The notes under the pieces are model-generated. The model saw only the letters and a program-made list of their open reading frames with translations, made no database searches and was not told the origin of the DNA. A program made the position numbers and the translations under genes. Source: Callorhinchus milii (Eukaryota). Taken from it: a stretch of DNA of 64,000 bases. Shown here piece after piece: positions 52,886 to 64,000 of the stretch (its first letter is position 1; each line of letters opens with the position of its first letter). The stretch spans positions 81,284,001-81,348,000 of the forward strand of contig NW_024704742.1 in the NCBI RefSeq assembly GCF_018977255.1. The letters run 5' to 3'.

Positions 52886-54091
52886 CTGCAAAGTGGTATT
52901 ACTGTGTATTTTGTGGGTGAACACAGTAGCCAATTTGGGCACAGAAATGTCCCACAAACTGCCAGGAAGTGAATGACCAATTTTATTTGGAGTACGGCTA
53001 AACAGACCACCAGTAGAAACTCACATTTCTTTTCAAATAGAGGACTTGGTCTAACATATCATTCGAAGGACAGCATCGCCAATAAAGTAGCCCTGCACTG
53101 AATTGGAATGTCATCTTAGACTATATGAATTCCACGTTCATTATTAATGCCATTGTACTAAAGCACCCACCTGTTACAGAGTTAGTTAATCACTGACAGC
53201 TTTACAACAGCATTGAGACTGATCTCTACTAAGCCTGTAGATGAGTTTAATGAAAGAGCTCATGCTAATGTCAAACTGAATGGCCTTTAGTCAACGATAA
53301 CAACTTTTATTCATATAACCCCTTCACATAGGACAATGAGACATCCATAAGGACGGGTTCGACCCCTATGGGGTAGTCTCCCACGCATTTTTATATTGTT
53401 ACACATTTAGAACATTCCTTGGAGCAATAACAGAAATCAGTAAGGAAAACTTTACGAAGAAAATTAAAAAAACACAAATCATTAAAATAATAGGTCGGTA
53501 TCTTGACCTGAACTGGCCATGGCTCCTTATCGGCACAGAGCTTCGTGTTTTAAAATCCATAGGATGGCACTACACTGCAATGGAGGTTGTGCTCACAACT
53601 GCAAAGGAGTGTCAGCCTAGGTTCCAAGCTCAGGTCTTGGTGAGGGGCACCAATACCAGAAACCCCCTAACCCAGAGGCAAACCAGCTGATGCAAAATTA
53701 AATGTGATCTTACCCACCATTGTCTGCACAAAAGCTTTTTCCAAGCACTGTTGTCATAGGGACTTCTGTGTTTAAATTATAGTTGAGGAGTTATTGGATT
53801 GATCCCAGGCCATCTGAATGGATATCTACTGTTGTATGACTGGAGCTACTGAGTTTTCCATCTGAATTTAAAGCACAATAATAACATAAGTATAAAAACA
53901 TGACATGGTCTTACAAAGTGTATATTATTTCGACAGCAAAGGGCCACAAATAGCCACAAAGTAACTCACCATTTTTTTTTGTCTAGGGGGACAAAGAGAA
54001 ACTCCCTTCTCTTCTCCAATTGCGCCATGGGATCCTTGAAGTCCACCTGAACAAGTACCTTGGTTTAACATCTCACCCAATGTACGGCATC

Positions 54092-54303
54092 TAATAATAA
54101 TAATAATAATCCTTGCATTTGATATAGCGCTTTTCACGTCGGGAGGACGTCCCAAAGCGCTTCACAGAACACACTGTAAAGTGAATTGACTGTATATTTG
54201 TGGGCGAACGCGGCAGCCAATTGTGCACAGCAATGTCCCACAAACAGTCGTAGATTGAAAATGACCAATTTATCATTTTTTGGGGGTTTTGGAGGGATTA
54301 TTA
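54092..54303 (-). mobile_element. 5'-truncated SINE (young form)
   Basis: Tail and body match 37787-38106. Confidence 0.88.
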
Positions 54304-54611
54304 TAAATCTCCAAATATAGTGCCTCCCCTTCCCCAGGAACTGAATGTCAGCCTTCCCTTCTGAATGAAATAATTCACAACTCTTCAATGTGGTAATCCA
54401 TTCAACATCCTAATAATTCTTCAAATACACTCCCACAAAATGATCCCACAAAATACACCGTCACTACACTATACAGTGCATCCTATGAAGGCCCACCTGC
54501 CAATGGTAGGATGGGCCAGGTGGGAGACATGGAGCAGGTTGGAGCCCGCTGAATGAAGGGAGTGGACAGGTTGATAAGGGGGTCAGTCAGCAGGCCACAA
54601 AGGTAGGAACA

Positions 54612-55430
54612 AAAACAACAACAACTTGCACTTGTATGGCGCCCTCCACTCCGGCAGCATCTCAGAGCACTTAACAATGGTGGAGCCCAAGGCTGAGCCA
54701 GGTGGAGGGGAAAGTGACTATAGGTGTGATCGAAAAGGAAGTTCTTCAGGCGTGACTTGAAGATGGGGAAGGAGTGGGCGAGGTGAAGGGGTTGAGGGAG
54801 GGAGTTCCAAAGTTTCGGGGAGTAATGGCTGAAGGCACGACCACGGATGGTGGAGCGGAGGATTCGTGGGTGGGGAGGAGGAGGCCGGACCCAGTAGAGA
54901 GGAGGCAGCAAGTATTACTGTGGGGACAGAGGAGGTAAGAGAGATGGGGAGGTGCCAAGGAATGGAGGAATTTAAACACTAGAGTGAGGATCTTGAAGTC
55001 GATCCGCTCTATGACAGGGAGCCAGTAGAGTCTGGCAAGGACTGGGGTAATCGGGGTATGGAGTTTGGTGCAGGTGAGAATGCGGGAGGCGGAGTTTTGA
55101 ATGACCTGGATTTTGTGAATAGTGGAGGAGAGGAGACCGGCGAGGAGGAGGTTAGAGTAGTCCAGCCGAGAGGTGACAAAGGCATGGACAAGGGTTTCGG
55201 CAGCTTTTGGTGTAAGGGATTGTCAATGTAGCAGAGATGGAAGAAAGTGGTGCTGGTCAGGGACCTGTGGGGGAGGAAGGATAACTGGGGATCGAATTTG
55301 ACGCCTAAATTGCGCTCGGGTTCAGAGAATTTTAAGGACAGGTCCGGTAGGTTGAGGAGGTCGGAACCGTGGGACAGAAGATGTCAGTGGGAGCCAAAGA
55401 GTATGGCTTCTGTCTTGTTGACGGATGGAT
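54612..55430 (-). mobile_element. L2 3' fragment (second family, related to 14205-15531)
   Basis: VNKTEAILFGSH, RAFSHYSPKLWNSLP on the minus strand. Confidence 0.82.
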
Positions 55431-55649
55431 CCTTGGAGTAACCCGCAGGTGAAGGAGCAACTACATGGAGGGCCTTGAACGCAAGGACAAGCTGCAGCTT
55501 GTGGAAGGAAGAGTTGGAAAGGCTGACAAGCAAGGAATTAGCGTAGTCAAGCCTGAATGCCATTTTAAAGCAAACCTTAGTGTGAACGGAATATCTTTTG
55601 CCTTCATCCACACGTGTCTGTTAAAATCCTGCCTTTATGCCGGTTTGTT

Positions 55650-55720
55650 ATAGTGTTGCCAACTGTCCAGTTTTAAACTGGAAAATCCAGTTTTAAGGGA
55701 TCTCATACCGTGCCCAGTTT
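55650..55720 (+). mobile_element. Possible hAT (Blackjack-type) transposon end
   Basis: tagtgttgccaactgtccagttttaaactgga resembles TAGGGTTGCCA-type TIRs. No partner TIR found. Confidence 0.35.
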
Positions 55721-56429
55721 GAAGAACTAACTCAACACTAAATGTCTGGTTACTGCCCACAGAACTACAACTCCCAGCATCCCCCATGCCCTGGGCATGC
55801 TCAAAGCACTGTGCATGTGCATAAAGAACATAGCTCATAGTGAGAAACTGGAAAGTTCACAAGTCCACTTAATCACCAATTCATCAACCAGTGAAAATGA
55901 TATGTGCTCAGAATGGCTGTCAGATGATCAGCCAGTACCCGGTAGTCTCCTCCCACCTGGAGGTTTGGGGAACTGCTGCAAAACACTGACATATTTTGCG
56001 GTACTTTAGTCAGTATCACTTTTCCATGTGGCATCTAAAATTACATTACAGAAGTTTTCTAACCGAATCACACTTCCTGCTTCCTTGTCATCCCTGTGTA
56101 AACAAACCTTAGGTTCACAAGCAAAAACATGCCCTCAGGTCTCTCTGTCAATGAAAGCTACCACAACCTGTTTCTCAAATACTGCACCTGCATTTTTTTC
56201 TTATCAAAAGGCTTAGATTGTTGTGAGCGTAGGAAAGTTTACTGATTAGTTTTCCTTTAGTAACCTGTTTAAAAATCTTTCAAAGCAACTTTGTTTAAAA
56301 AAAGTATGTTTAATTGTTAATATGTTTTTACCAATTCTAAACATGTCATGTAAAAAATGATATGAATTGAGAAGGTTTGATTTATTTTTTTCAATGTTGA
56401 AGTATTGGAGCATGAGGTTTAAAGAGATA

Positions 56430-56783
56430 AGTCCTGTAGCTCAGTGATTAGAGCATTCGCCTCGCAAGCGAGAGGACCGGGGTTTGATTCCCGGCAGGGC
56501 AATTTTCCTCACTCCACACGCCTCTGTTTACCTAGCAGTAAGTAGGAACCCACTTGTTAGTCGATTGGCAGATCACTTTTCTGGCGGTAATAATTCCTTC
56601 AAAATAAATAAATAATTTGGTGACGCAATCCGTGACTGTTTGTGGGACATTGCTGTGCGCAGTTGGCTGCTGCATTTTGCCTACAACATATAGTCAATTC
56701 ACTTTACAGTATAATCCGTGAAGCGCTTTGAGACGTCTCGAAGATGTGATAAGGCACTATATTAAATGCAAGGATTAGTATTA
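56430..56783 (+). mobile_element. SINE, long form with an extra ~68-bp central module
   Basis: tRNA head + gcctctgtttacctagcagtaagtaggaaccc...tttctggcggt (56520-56587) + Deu-type body + tail. Confidence 0.88.
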
Positions 56784-57724
56784 TGTGAGTCACTGAGACA
56801 TATCTTCAAGGAATATCTGAAATTCATGTTTGGGTGTGTCTATCAACAGTTGACAAGTTGTTGGAAACTTGACAGACATTGCTTTCAAGGTAAACTATAT
56901 AGTTTTAGCTGATTAAACTCTAGCAGTATCATCATACACACTTTGGAGACTCAAGCCTTGGCTCTTGCCGTCTATGCCCTATTAGGTAAACAGAGTGGAT
57001 TCCTGAAGGGAGAGAGTTTACATTCGATTGCAAACATTGGGAAATTTCTATGTCTAAGTGGGCATATACCCTTTGAACTGTGAACGCAAAATATGCAAGA
57101 AAAGCTTTTTCAAATAGTTTTTTGCATGACTTCATCGTTGCAAACATGTCAACTACATATCAAACCTTAGTGTACATGTCAAATCATGCTCAATGGACAC
57201 TATTGGGAGTGCATTCAATCTGTCCTGGATCATGGTAGATCTGAGTGAGTTTTTGATGAGACTCATCTTTGAGAATAAGTGTTCTTCACAGACTGTTACT
57301 GATCATGTTAAGAAAATACAAAGAGCAATAACCCACTTTTTGAAATGTTGATTCCACTAAGTGATTCTATTTCATATACTTTAGCATTTCTCCAACTCAA
57401 TATGTGATAAGAAATCCAGAAAATGCAATTTCATCAATAAATGCATCAAAAATCATTTTTCAGCACCACTAAAATTAAACTGTTTTGCTGCCAGACATGG
57501 CTCATGCTCTCCACACTGTCTCTTACCTAATCTGACCTCCTGGAGGTGTAACTCATACCTCCAGCCCAGCCCATCTTGCTGTCATCCACTGCGCTGCCTC
57601 AGTCAACCTGGTGAGAGCTTGCAGTTGTGAGCCACACTGTAAAATTATATTCCTGATGTTTAATGGTTTTAAGGCTTTTAATGAATCTTTATGTACATTT
57701 AGAATGTAACCTACCCATAATAAG

Positions 57725-58042
57725 AATAATATAATAATCATTCTTGCATTTGATATAACGCTTTTCACGTCTTCTAGACATCTCAAAGCGCTTCACAGAA
57801 TATACTGTAAAGTGAATTGACTGTATATTTGTGGGCAAAATGTGGCAGCCAATTGCGCACAGCAGTGTCCCACAAACAGTCGTGGATTGAAAATAACCAA
57901 TTTTTTTGTTGTTGTTTTTGGAGGGATTATTAGTAGGCGTGTGGAGTAAGGAAAGTTTCCCAGGGTTTTGCCCTGCCTGGAATTGAACCCAGATGTCTCG
58001 CTTGCAAGGCGAGTGCTCTAACCACTGAGCTACAGGACTCCA
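57725..58042 (-). mobile_element. SINE, short form
   Basis: Reverse complement match from head to tail. Confidence 0.9.
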
Positions 58043-58939
58043 TAATCCTTTAATGAGGTTTGTTTGATTTAATAACTAGCTTAGCAGGGGTTAAAATTAG
58101 CTTTGCTGGATGGGTTGAGGTCAGCTTCTGATTACATTCCATATTTTCCTGGGAAGATGTTCACTTCTCTGAACATCTTGTAACGTCTTCATCCGAATCT
58201 CAAATAAGTTGGTGAGCCAGCCAGGAGGAAACTGTGTAATTGATCTAGGATTAACTGAGTAAGTCATATAGATAGGTTTCAAAAAGCTAAGTTTGTGAAC
58301 TAGTCAATTGAGATGAAGGAACTGTATTGCAAGAGTGTAAGTTAAGAATAAGTTAAAATATTTGAATTACTTAACAAACCTTGGATTATTACACCACCAT
58401 ATTGATCTTCTCCATCCAAATCTCTTACAACACTACAATGCTGCACAGAGAGTGATGCTCTGGTTAACCTGTTCTTGCAGCTGGGGAGTGGGTAAGTCAG
58501 CAGCAGTTACCATATCCCTGTCAATGCCCCTGGCAGGACATCCCTGCCTAATATTGCCGCCCTCAAAAACAATTCTCTCTCCTCCTTTCAAGGTCTCGGT
58601 ACAAAGCTTAATTCCGATCAGGAATTGAGCAGAGCGGTGAAATAAAATTTACATTAACCCATTTCTTGGCAATGAATATTAACCCAACAAGTTCAAATTA
58701 ACGATTTGAATGAATATTCATGGTACTTCTCGATTGCATATCATTAAAATAAGTTTTCTTCTGGAACAGGGAAGTTATATTTTCTCCTTATGATAAAAAC
58801 TATTCAACGGGTTAGTGAGTCATTCATCACTTCCCTGTAATAGTCATGGCAGGACATATGGTATGAACAGTCTTTATTTTCATGTATTCAAGTGCTTAAA
58901 AGGGACTGAACCAAACCATTCTAACTATCGTTAGTAAAG

Positions 58940-60179
58940 ATGTGTGAATTTGTGCGTACCCTCATTGAGCCTGTGGTCGCTTTGAACCAGATTGGCAGTT
59001 CTTTCTTTGACACTGCTCTCTTGATTGTAGTCCAAGAAAGATATGAAGTTATAAACTCAACTGCTTACAACTCTACACCAACTAATATCAGTGCAGGGGA
59101 AAAACATCAGGATGGTATGACTCGTTTTTTCATGATATACCACATTCTGTCGAAACTGATCACCCTTTTCTCCACCTTCTACTTTGCAAAGCTTGAAGAC
59201 TTCAGGTCAAGAAAGATCATCATTGTTGTGCCTCTCCTGGGCTGCCTTATCTCCAGATCTCTGCTTCTCTTTGTGATCTTTTTCGATCTGCCCTTGGAGG
59301 TGATATTTGCCACAGCCTCATTGGATGGTCTGAGTGGAGGATTCACCACTTACTGGACTGGAGTTGTAGTATTGGTCTGCAGCACCTCTTCAGAGAAGAG
59401 AAGATCAATCAGGCTCATCACGACCGATTTTGCCTATGGATTAGCAGGATTTGTTGGAAGCATCTTATCGGGATACATCTTCCTCCATTTAAAGATATTA
59501 CATTACCATGGCATCATATTGGTAGCTCTCAGCCTTGCTCTGTATGTTGTCAACCTGTTTTATTGTATTTTGGTGTTGAAGATACCACCTAAACAACAAA
59601 AATCTGGACCACAAGGTGACAAAGAGCAGAACGAGGAAAGTGACACATTTACTGAAAAACTGCAATGCGACAGCGCAGGACATTTGGTTAAACATGAGCA
59701 TGTAACAGGTGACATTCAACACAAAAACAGACCACCTGTGGAGAAAACTGAACACAAAACTGCAAGAGTTGTGGATGACAAAAATGGAAGATGTGTGAAT
59801 GGACAGTGCTGCAAAGCTGTATCAAGGATATTCGATGGAATCATCCGAGACAATTGGAGCTCTTGGTGGGCAGATGGTCACGGAGATAAAGGCACTTTGT
59901 GGTTCATGGTTGGGGCTGCTGTGCTTTATGACATGGCTACAAAAGGGGCCATGGATGTGCTGCCAATATTTGTGCTGAATTGGCCTCTCAAATGGAATGC
60001 CGTCCTGCTTGGGTATGGAAATGCCTCAGAGTACGCCATCTACTTCACCAGCTTCCTTACCATTTGTTTGTTTTCCAAATGTGTGAAGGACACCTCCCTC
60101 ATCGTGATTGGAATGCTGTCCTTTTCCGCAGGGATGCTGGTCATGGGCTTTGTCAAGTGGACCTACTTGTATTTCGTTG
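58940..60179 (+). CDS. SLC46A2: SLC46A2-like (TSCOT, MFS transporter) first coding exon, copy A
   Basis: 413 open codons. IEPVVA..Q, DTALL, RK...PLLG..SR, LPLEV, SGGF..YWTG and VL.WPL.WNAV..GYGNA motifs as in SLC46A2. Donor G|gtaagg at 60179/80 (phase 1), where SLC46A2 exon 1 is expected to end. Confidence 0.88.
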
Positions 60180-60334
60180 GTAAGGTTTTTGGTGTCATTT
60201 ACCAAATAGGGCAGTAAAGGCAAAACCAATAGGTCATTTGCTGACAAAAAATCAAGTTAGTGCACTCAACGCAATTATCTATAAAGTGCTTTTAATGTTA
60301 TAGGCATTTCTCAAAATGGTACTTCCCATACAAA

Positions 60335-60690
60335 CCAGCTTGTCGGTTAGCACCTTCAGCTCTGGGTCAGAAGGTTGTGGGTTCAAACCTTATGTTGTGG
60401 CTTGGGTTGCCACTCCGGTCCAGTTCAGTACTGGGGGAGCACTGAGTTGTCGGAGGTGCTATCCTTCAGATGAAGTGTTTAGCTGAGGTCCTGTCTGCTT
60501 GTATAGGTGAATGATAAAGATCCTGAGACACTATTTGAAAAGAGAAGAGAGGTTCTTTTTGTATCCTGGCCAACAATCCTAATAAACTGATCAATCACTA
60601 CTTAGCTGTTTATGGATCTTTGCTGTGTGCCAATTGGCTGTTACTTTTGCATTCAAAACCAAAGTCACCACACTTGACAACAATTGCTTT
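60335..60690 (+). mobile_element. Old DeuSINE-like element in the intron after SLC46A2 exon A
   Basis: tcagaaggttgtgggttcaaa head; ggtgctatccttcagatga; aaagatcctgagacactatttgaa; gctgtgtgccaattggctg. Confidence 0.75.
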
Positions 60691-60889
60691 ATAGATGATT
60701 CAATGCAAAATCAAAGCTAAAGATTTAATTTTTGCTATCCTTATGTTGTGAAATGAATACCCAATTCTGTGCCGTGGGGCTCTCTCCTAACATAGAGCCA
60801 TGCTATCACCCAAATTAGTTTTATGTAAAATAATCCACAGGAAGACCTGTGGCCCTTTTTAAACACTGTAGAAAACAATTTCCAAATTA

Positions 60890-61210
60890 ACAAGACAAGT
60901 TGAACTTGTAGAGTGCCCTTCATGTAGGATAAAGTCTGAGAGGGCTTCTGAGTAATTGGGTCAGACGCTGAGCAAGGAACAAGAGGGAGGGGGAGGGGAA
61001 TATAGGCAACCTAAAGGTATTAAGGTGGGATTTAAAGACCAGTTGAGAGGACGTGAAGCAGAGGGATGGAGCAGAGAGATCCAGAGGTTAAGAACATAAT
61101 CGCTGAAGGTTCAACAATAATAGTGGTACAGAGGAGGCAGAGCACATGCAGCAGGTCCATGTTAGCTGAGCAGAGGAATGTGTTTGAGAAGATCAGAGAG
61201 ATGGGGAGGT
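60890..61210 (-). mobile_element. Degraded L2 3' fragment between the two SLC46A2 exons
   Basis: Reverse tail (acaagttgaacttgtagagtgcccttcatgt) and purine-rich body. Confidence 0.6.
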
Positions 61211-61254
61211 ACTCAGACTAAACTTTTTTTAAAAAAAATTTGAAGGTAACATTA

Positions 61255-61607
61255 ATACTAATAATCCTTGAATTTGATATAGTGCTTTTAATGCTTTCTA
61301 GATGTCTCAAAGTGCTTCTCAGAATATACTGTGAAGTGAATTGACTGCATTTTTGTGGGCAAAACGCGGCAGCCAATTGCTCAGAGCAGTATCCTACAAA
61401 TAATCGTGGACTGAAGTGATCAAATTATTATTGTTTTTTTTTCTTGAGGGATTATTATTAGGCATGTGAAGAAAGGAAACATGCCCAAGGTTTCACCCTG
61501 CCGGGAAAAGAACCTCGGTCTCTCGTTTGTGAGGCGAGAACTCTAGCCACTGAGCTACAGGACTTAAAAATAATAATAATAATAATTCATTGAGCTACAG
61601 GACTCCA
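61255..61607 (-). mobile_element. SINE, short form, between SLC46A2 exons A and B
   Basis: Reverse complement match, with a duplicated head end (tgagctacaggact x2). Confidence 0.85.
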
Positions 61608-62243
61608 CAAACCAGTAAATCTTGAAAAAGAGAGAAAATGGTCTGGTGGACAAAATTAAAATAATCAATGCCAATGGAGGCGATGTTTGTTAAAAACATA
61701 AATCACTATTGTATTTTGAAAAGAGGTTTAATTCTGCTTCACACACTAGATTCTAGCTTTAGAAAAAAATCTGCATGTTTCATAAGAGTCAAATATTTGG
61801 AATAGTCACAAACAGGTTGGGCGTAACGTAGATTGAAATCATCCAGGATAAGACTAAGCCTTACATTCTTTCACACAAATACGCCTACTACTAATTACAA
61901 ATCCCAGGAGGTTCTAGATATTTACAAATATGCGTCAGTAAAAAAAGAAGATAGTTATCAAACAGGAAATTCAATGTTGCGAGGTCTGCGATCAGAAACA
62001 TTAACATAGGGTCATCAATTTTTTTTTTATTTGTCCTTTGGTGTCAGCCAGCATGATGGATGGAAAACTGATCCTCAAAATGCAGAAACACCAGAAACAG
62101 TGAAACTTTTCAGAAAGGAAAAAAAACGCTTAATTCTGCAGAATTACTGAAGGGAAATAGCAGCCAGACCGGTTTGTAAAGTAAGGCTGGAGAAGAAAAA
62201 AAAGGCACCAAAAATAAAGCGGAGGTTTAATTTGTGAGTGAGG

Positions 62244-63420
62244 ATGTGTTCGAAATTGATTTCTCTCATCGAGCCTGTTGTAGCCTGTAGCCAGATAGCT
62301 AGTGCTCTGTATGATACTGCTCTGCTGATGGTGGTGAAGGAACTCTGCAACTTGAACTCGACCCTCAGGGGCCAGGAGCACAGCTACCAGGGAGGGGTGT
62401 CTCACTTCTACATGATCTACAACCTTGTGGCTGGCCTGACCTCCCTGATCTTCACCTGCACGCTGGCCAGGCTGGGAGACCGCCGTTCCAGGAAGCTCAC
62501 CATATGTGTGCCTCTCCTGGGCTATCTGATCTCCAGGGCTCTGCTTCTCCTCACTATCTTGCTCAGGCTGCCTTTAGAGGTGATGTTCGGAGCGGCTGCA
62601 CTGTACGGTGTGAGTGGTGGCTTCACTGCCTACTGGACCGGTATCATGGCTATAGCCTCAGTTACTTCCTCAGAAGGGAGCAGGGCCACCAAGCTCATTA
62701 CAGTTGAGCTGGTCTATGGGCTATCAGGCTTACTGGGAAGCTTGGCATCTGGTCACATCTTTATCCATTTCAAGATCTCCCATTATCAGGGTGCTGCCCT
62801 GGTCTGTCTTTGTCTTGTTCTTTACACTTTAAGCTTGCTTTATAGCATTTTTGTGCTGAAGGTCCCACCTGAACAGTCAGAACCCGGGACTCTGAGGAAC
62901 CAGCAGCCTGATAGCAGAGGCTTTCCTGAACCTGGACCAGGTGACACAAGCCAGCCTTCAGATGGATCACCATCGGTCAGGCAATCCCCAGCTGAGACAT
63001 CTAACTGTTTGGCTGACAGCGGGCAAGGATACCCGAGAACTGTGGACAGGACTCCCTGGGAGACTTCAGGATTACCAGATGACCAGGACAACACAAGCTC
63101 TCCAATTGCAAGCAGTGTTTCTGTGGATATATTCACTCTTGGGCTGCTGCTTGCGGGTGGAGTGTTGTTTGAGTTAGCAGTGACAGGTGGAATAGATGTG
63201 CTGTCCATATTTGTGCTAAAGGAGCCTCTCAGTTGGAATGCTGTCTGGGTTGGATATGGGAATGCTGCAGGATATTGCACATTCATGACCAGTTACTTGG
63301 GAGTCAGGTTCTTTTCCAGGTGTATGAAGAATACTTCCTTGATAGTGATCGGAATGGTATCCTTTTCCTCAGGGATACTGATCATGGCATTCGTGAAGTG
63401 GACTTTCCTCTTTTTTATTG
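62244..63420 (+). CDS. SLC46A2: SLC46A2-like first coding exon, copy B
   Basis: ATG at 62244 (the track starts at an upstream GTG); 392 open codons. IEPVVACSQIAS.LYD, FYMIYNLV.GL, GDRRSRK, FVLKEPLSWNAVWVGYGNAAGY. Donor G|gtaaga at 63420/1 (phase 1). Confidence 0.9.
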
Positions 63421-64000
63421 GTAAGAGCCATCATCCTTTACACAAACTGTATTTTCAAGGTCAAAGCTGCATGGCCTGCTGTCAATTGAGGCCATTCATG
63501 GATTTTAGTGAAATAGCAAATGTATTTGGACATTAAAACTATGTAAGTTGTAGCGTGTATACAGAAAGTTCACAGAAAATACAGGATGACTCCTTTGTGA
63601 GGTGGTAGATGGGTTCCATATAATGCAAGCTCATCTTATAATTCTTTGACTGAGCTTTCAATCATCTTTCCCTTTCCCACCTCCTGGGTTCCCATCCCTG
63701 GCTTGGGTGACCATCTGGCAAATATAAAAGCATCTAAATCAACTAAAATGAGAGAGAGGTTATGTTTTGATAGTGGCATCTTATAAAGTCATAAAATGAT
63801 AATTAATGCTCATCATATAGTGTTTTAATGTTGCAGTATGTCAAAGCACTTCATAAGTAACTGCTATCAAATCCGTCTGTTGCTGTCTCCCTCCAGGATT
63901 CTATGTTGCGTGAAGAGCTCTGTATAAATGTTGTTGTTGTCATCAGACATGAAGTCCTTGATGAGAGCTAATTTTCTTCAGTTGAACCTCAACAAGACCG

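Noticed and set aside
58654..58815. TTAACCC...GGGTTAG near the SLC46A2-A start as a second piggyBac MITE
   Set aside because: The inverted match is only about 6 bp and the right TTAA is absent.
60180..60217. Read-through GKVFGVIYQIGQ* resembles human SLC46A2 GKVFVILQL, hinting at a processed copy
   Set aside because: GK is forced by the G|GTAAG donor, the similarity stops after a few residues, and copy B has the same donor with an unrelated read-through. Treated as coincidence.
60790..60855. HRAMLSPKLVLCKIIHRKTCG as a possible SLC46A2 exon 2
   Set aside because: Only RA-ML resembles the expected exon; there is no in-phase acceptor or donor and no hydrophobic helix.

Overview
Vertebrate genomic DNA, most likely a cartilaginous fish. 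This is inferred from the repeat content: L2 and CR1 LINEs, Deu-domain tRNA SINEs and Penelope-type fragments. Two genes lie on the + strand. (1) The 3' part of AKAP2/PALM2AKAP2: a 2.5-kb coding exon (30166-32674), an internal exon (41661-41854), the terminal coding exon (47104-47196) and a probable ~5-kb 3'UTR ending near AATAAA 52170. (2) Two intact but strongly diverged copies of the large first coding exon of SLC46A2 (TSCOT), at 58940-60179 and 62244-63420. Both end at the same phase-1 GTAAG donor, and no downstream SLC46A2 exon is recognisable between them. The top hypothesis is a UGT1A/protocadherin-like 'variable first exon + shared constant exons' transporter locus. Other notable signals: an L2 subfamily whose copies share frameshifts (probable non-autonomous master), young SINEs carrying the same 3' stem-loop as that L2, a 68-bp TTAA-flanked piggyBac-type hairpin near an AKAP2 exon, a degenerate Penelope-type hammerhead ribozyme, and inverted L2 pairs flanking AKAP2 exons. 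Most short ORFs in the track are repeat-derived or spurious. Repeat boundaries are approximate and were read by eye.
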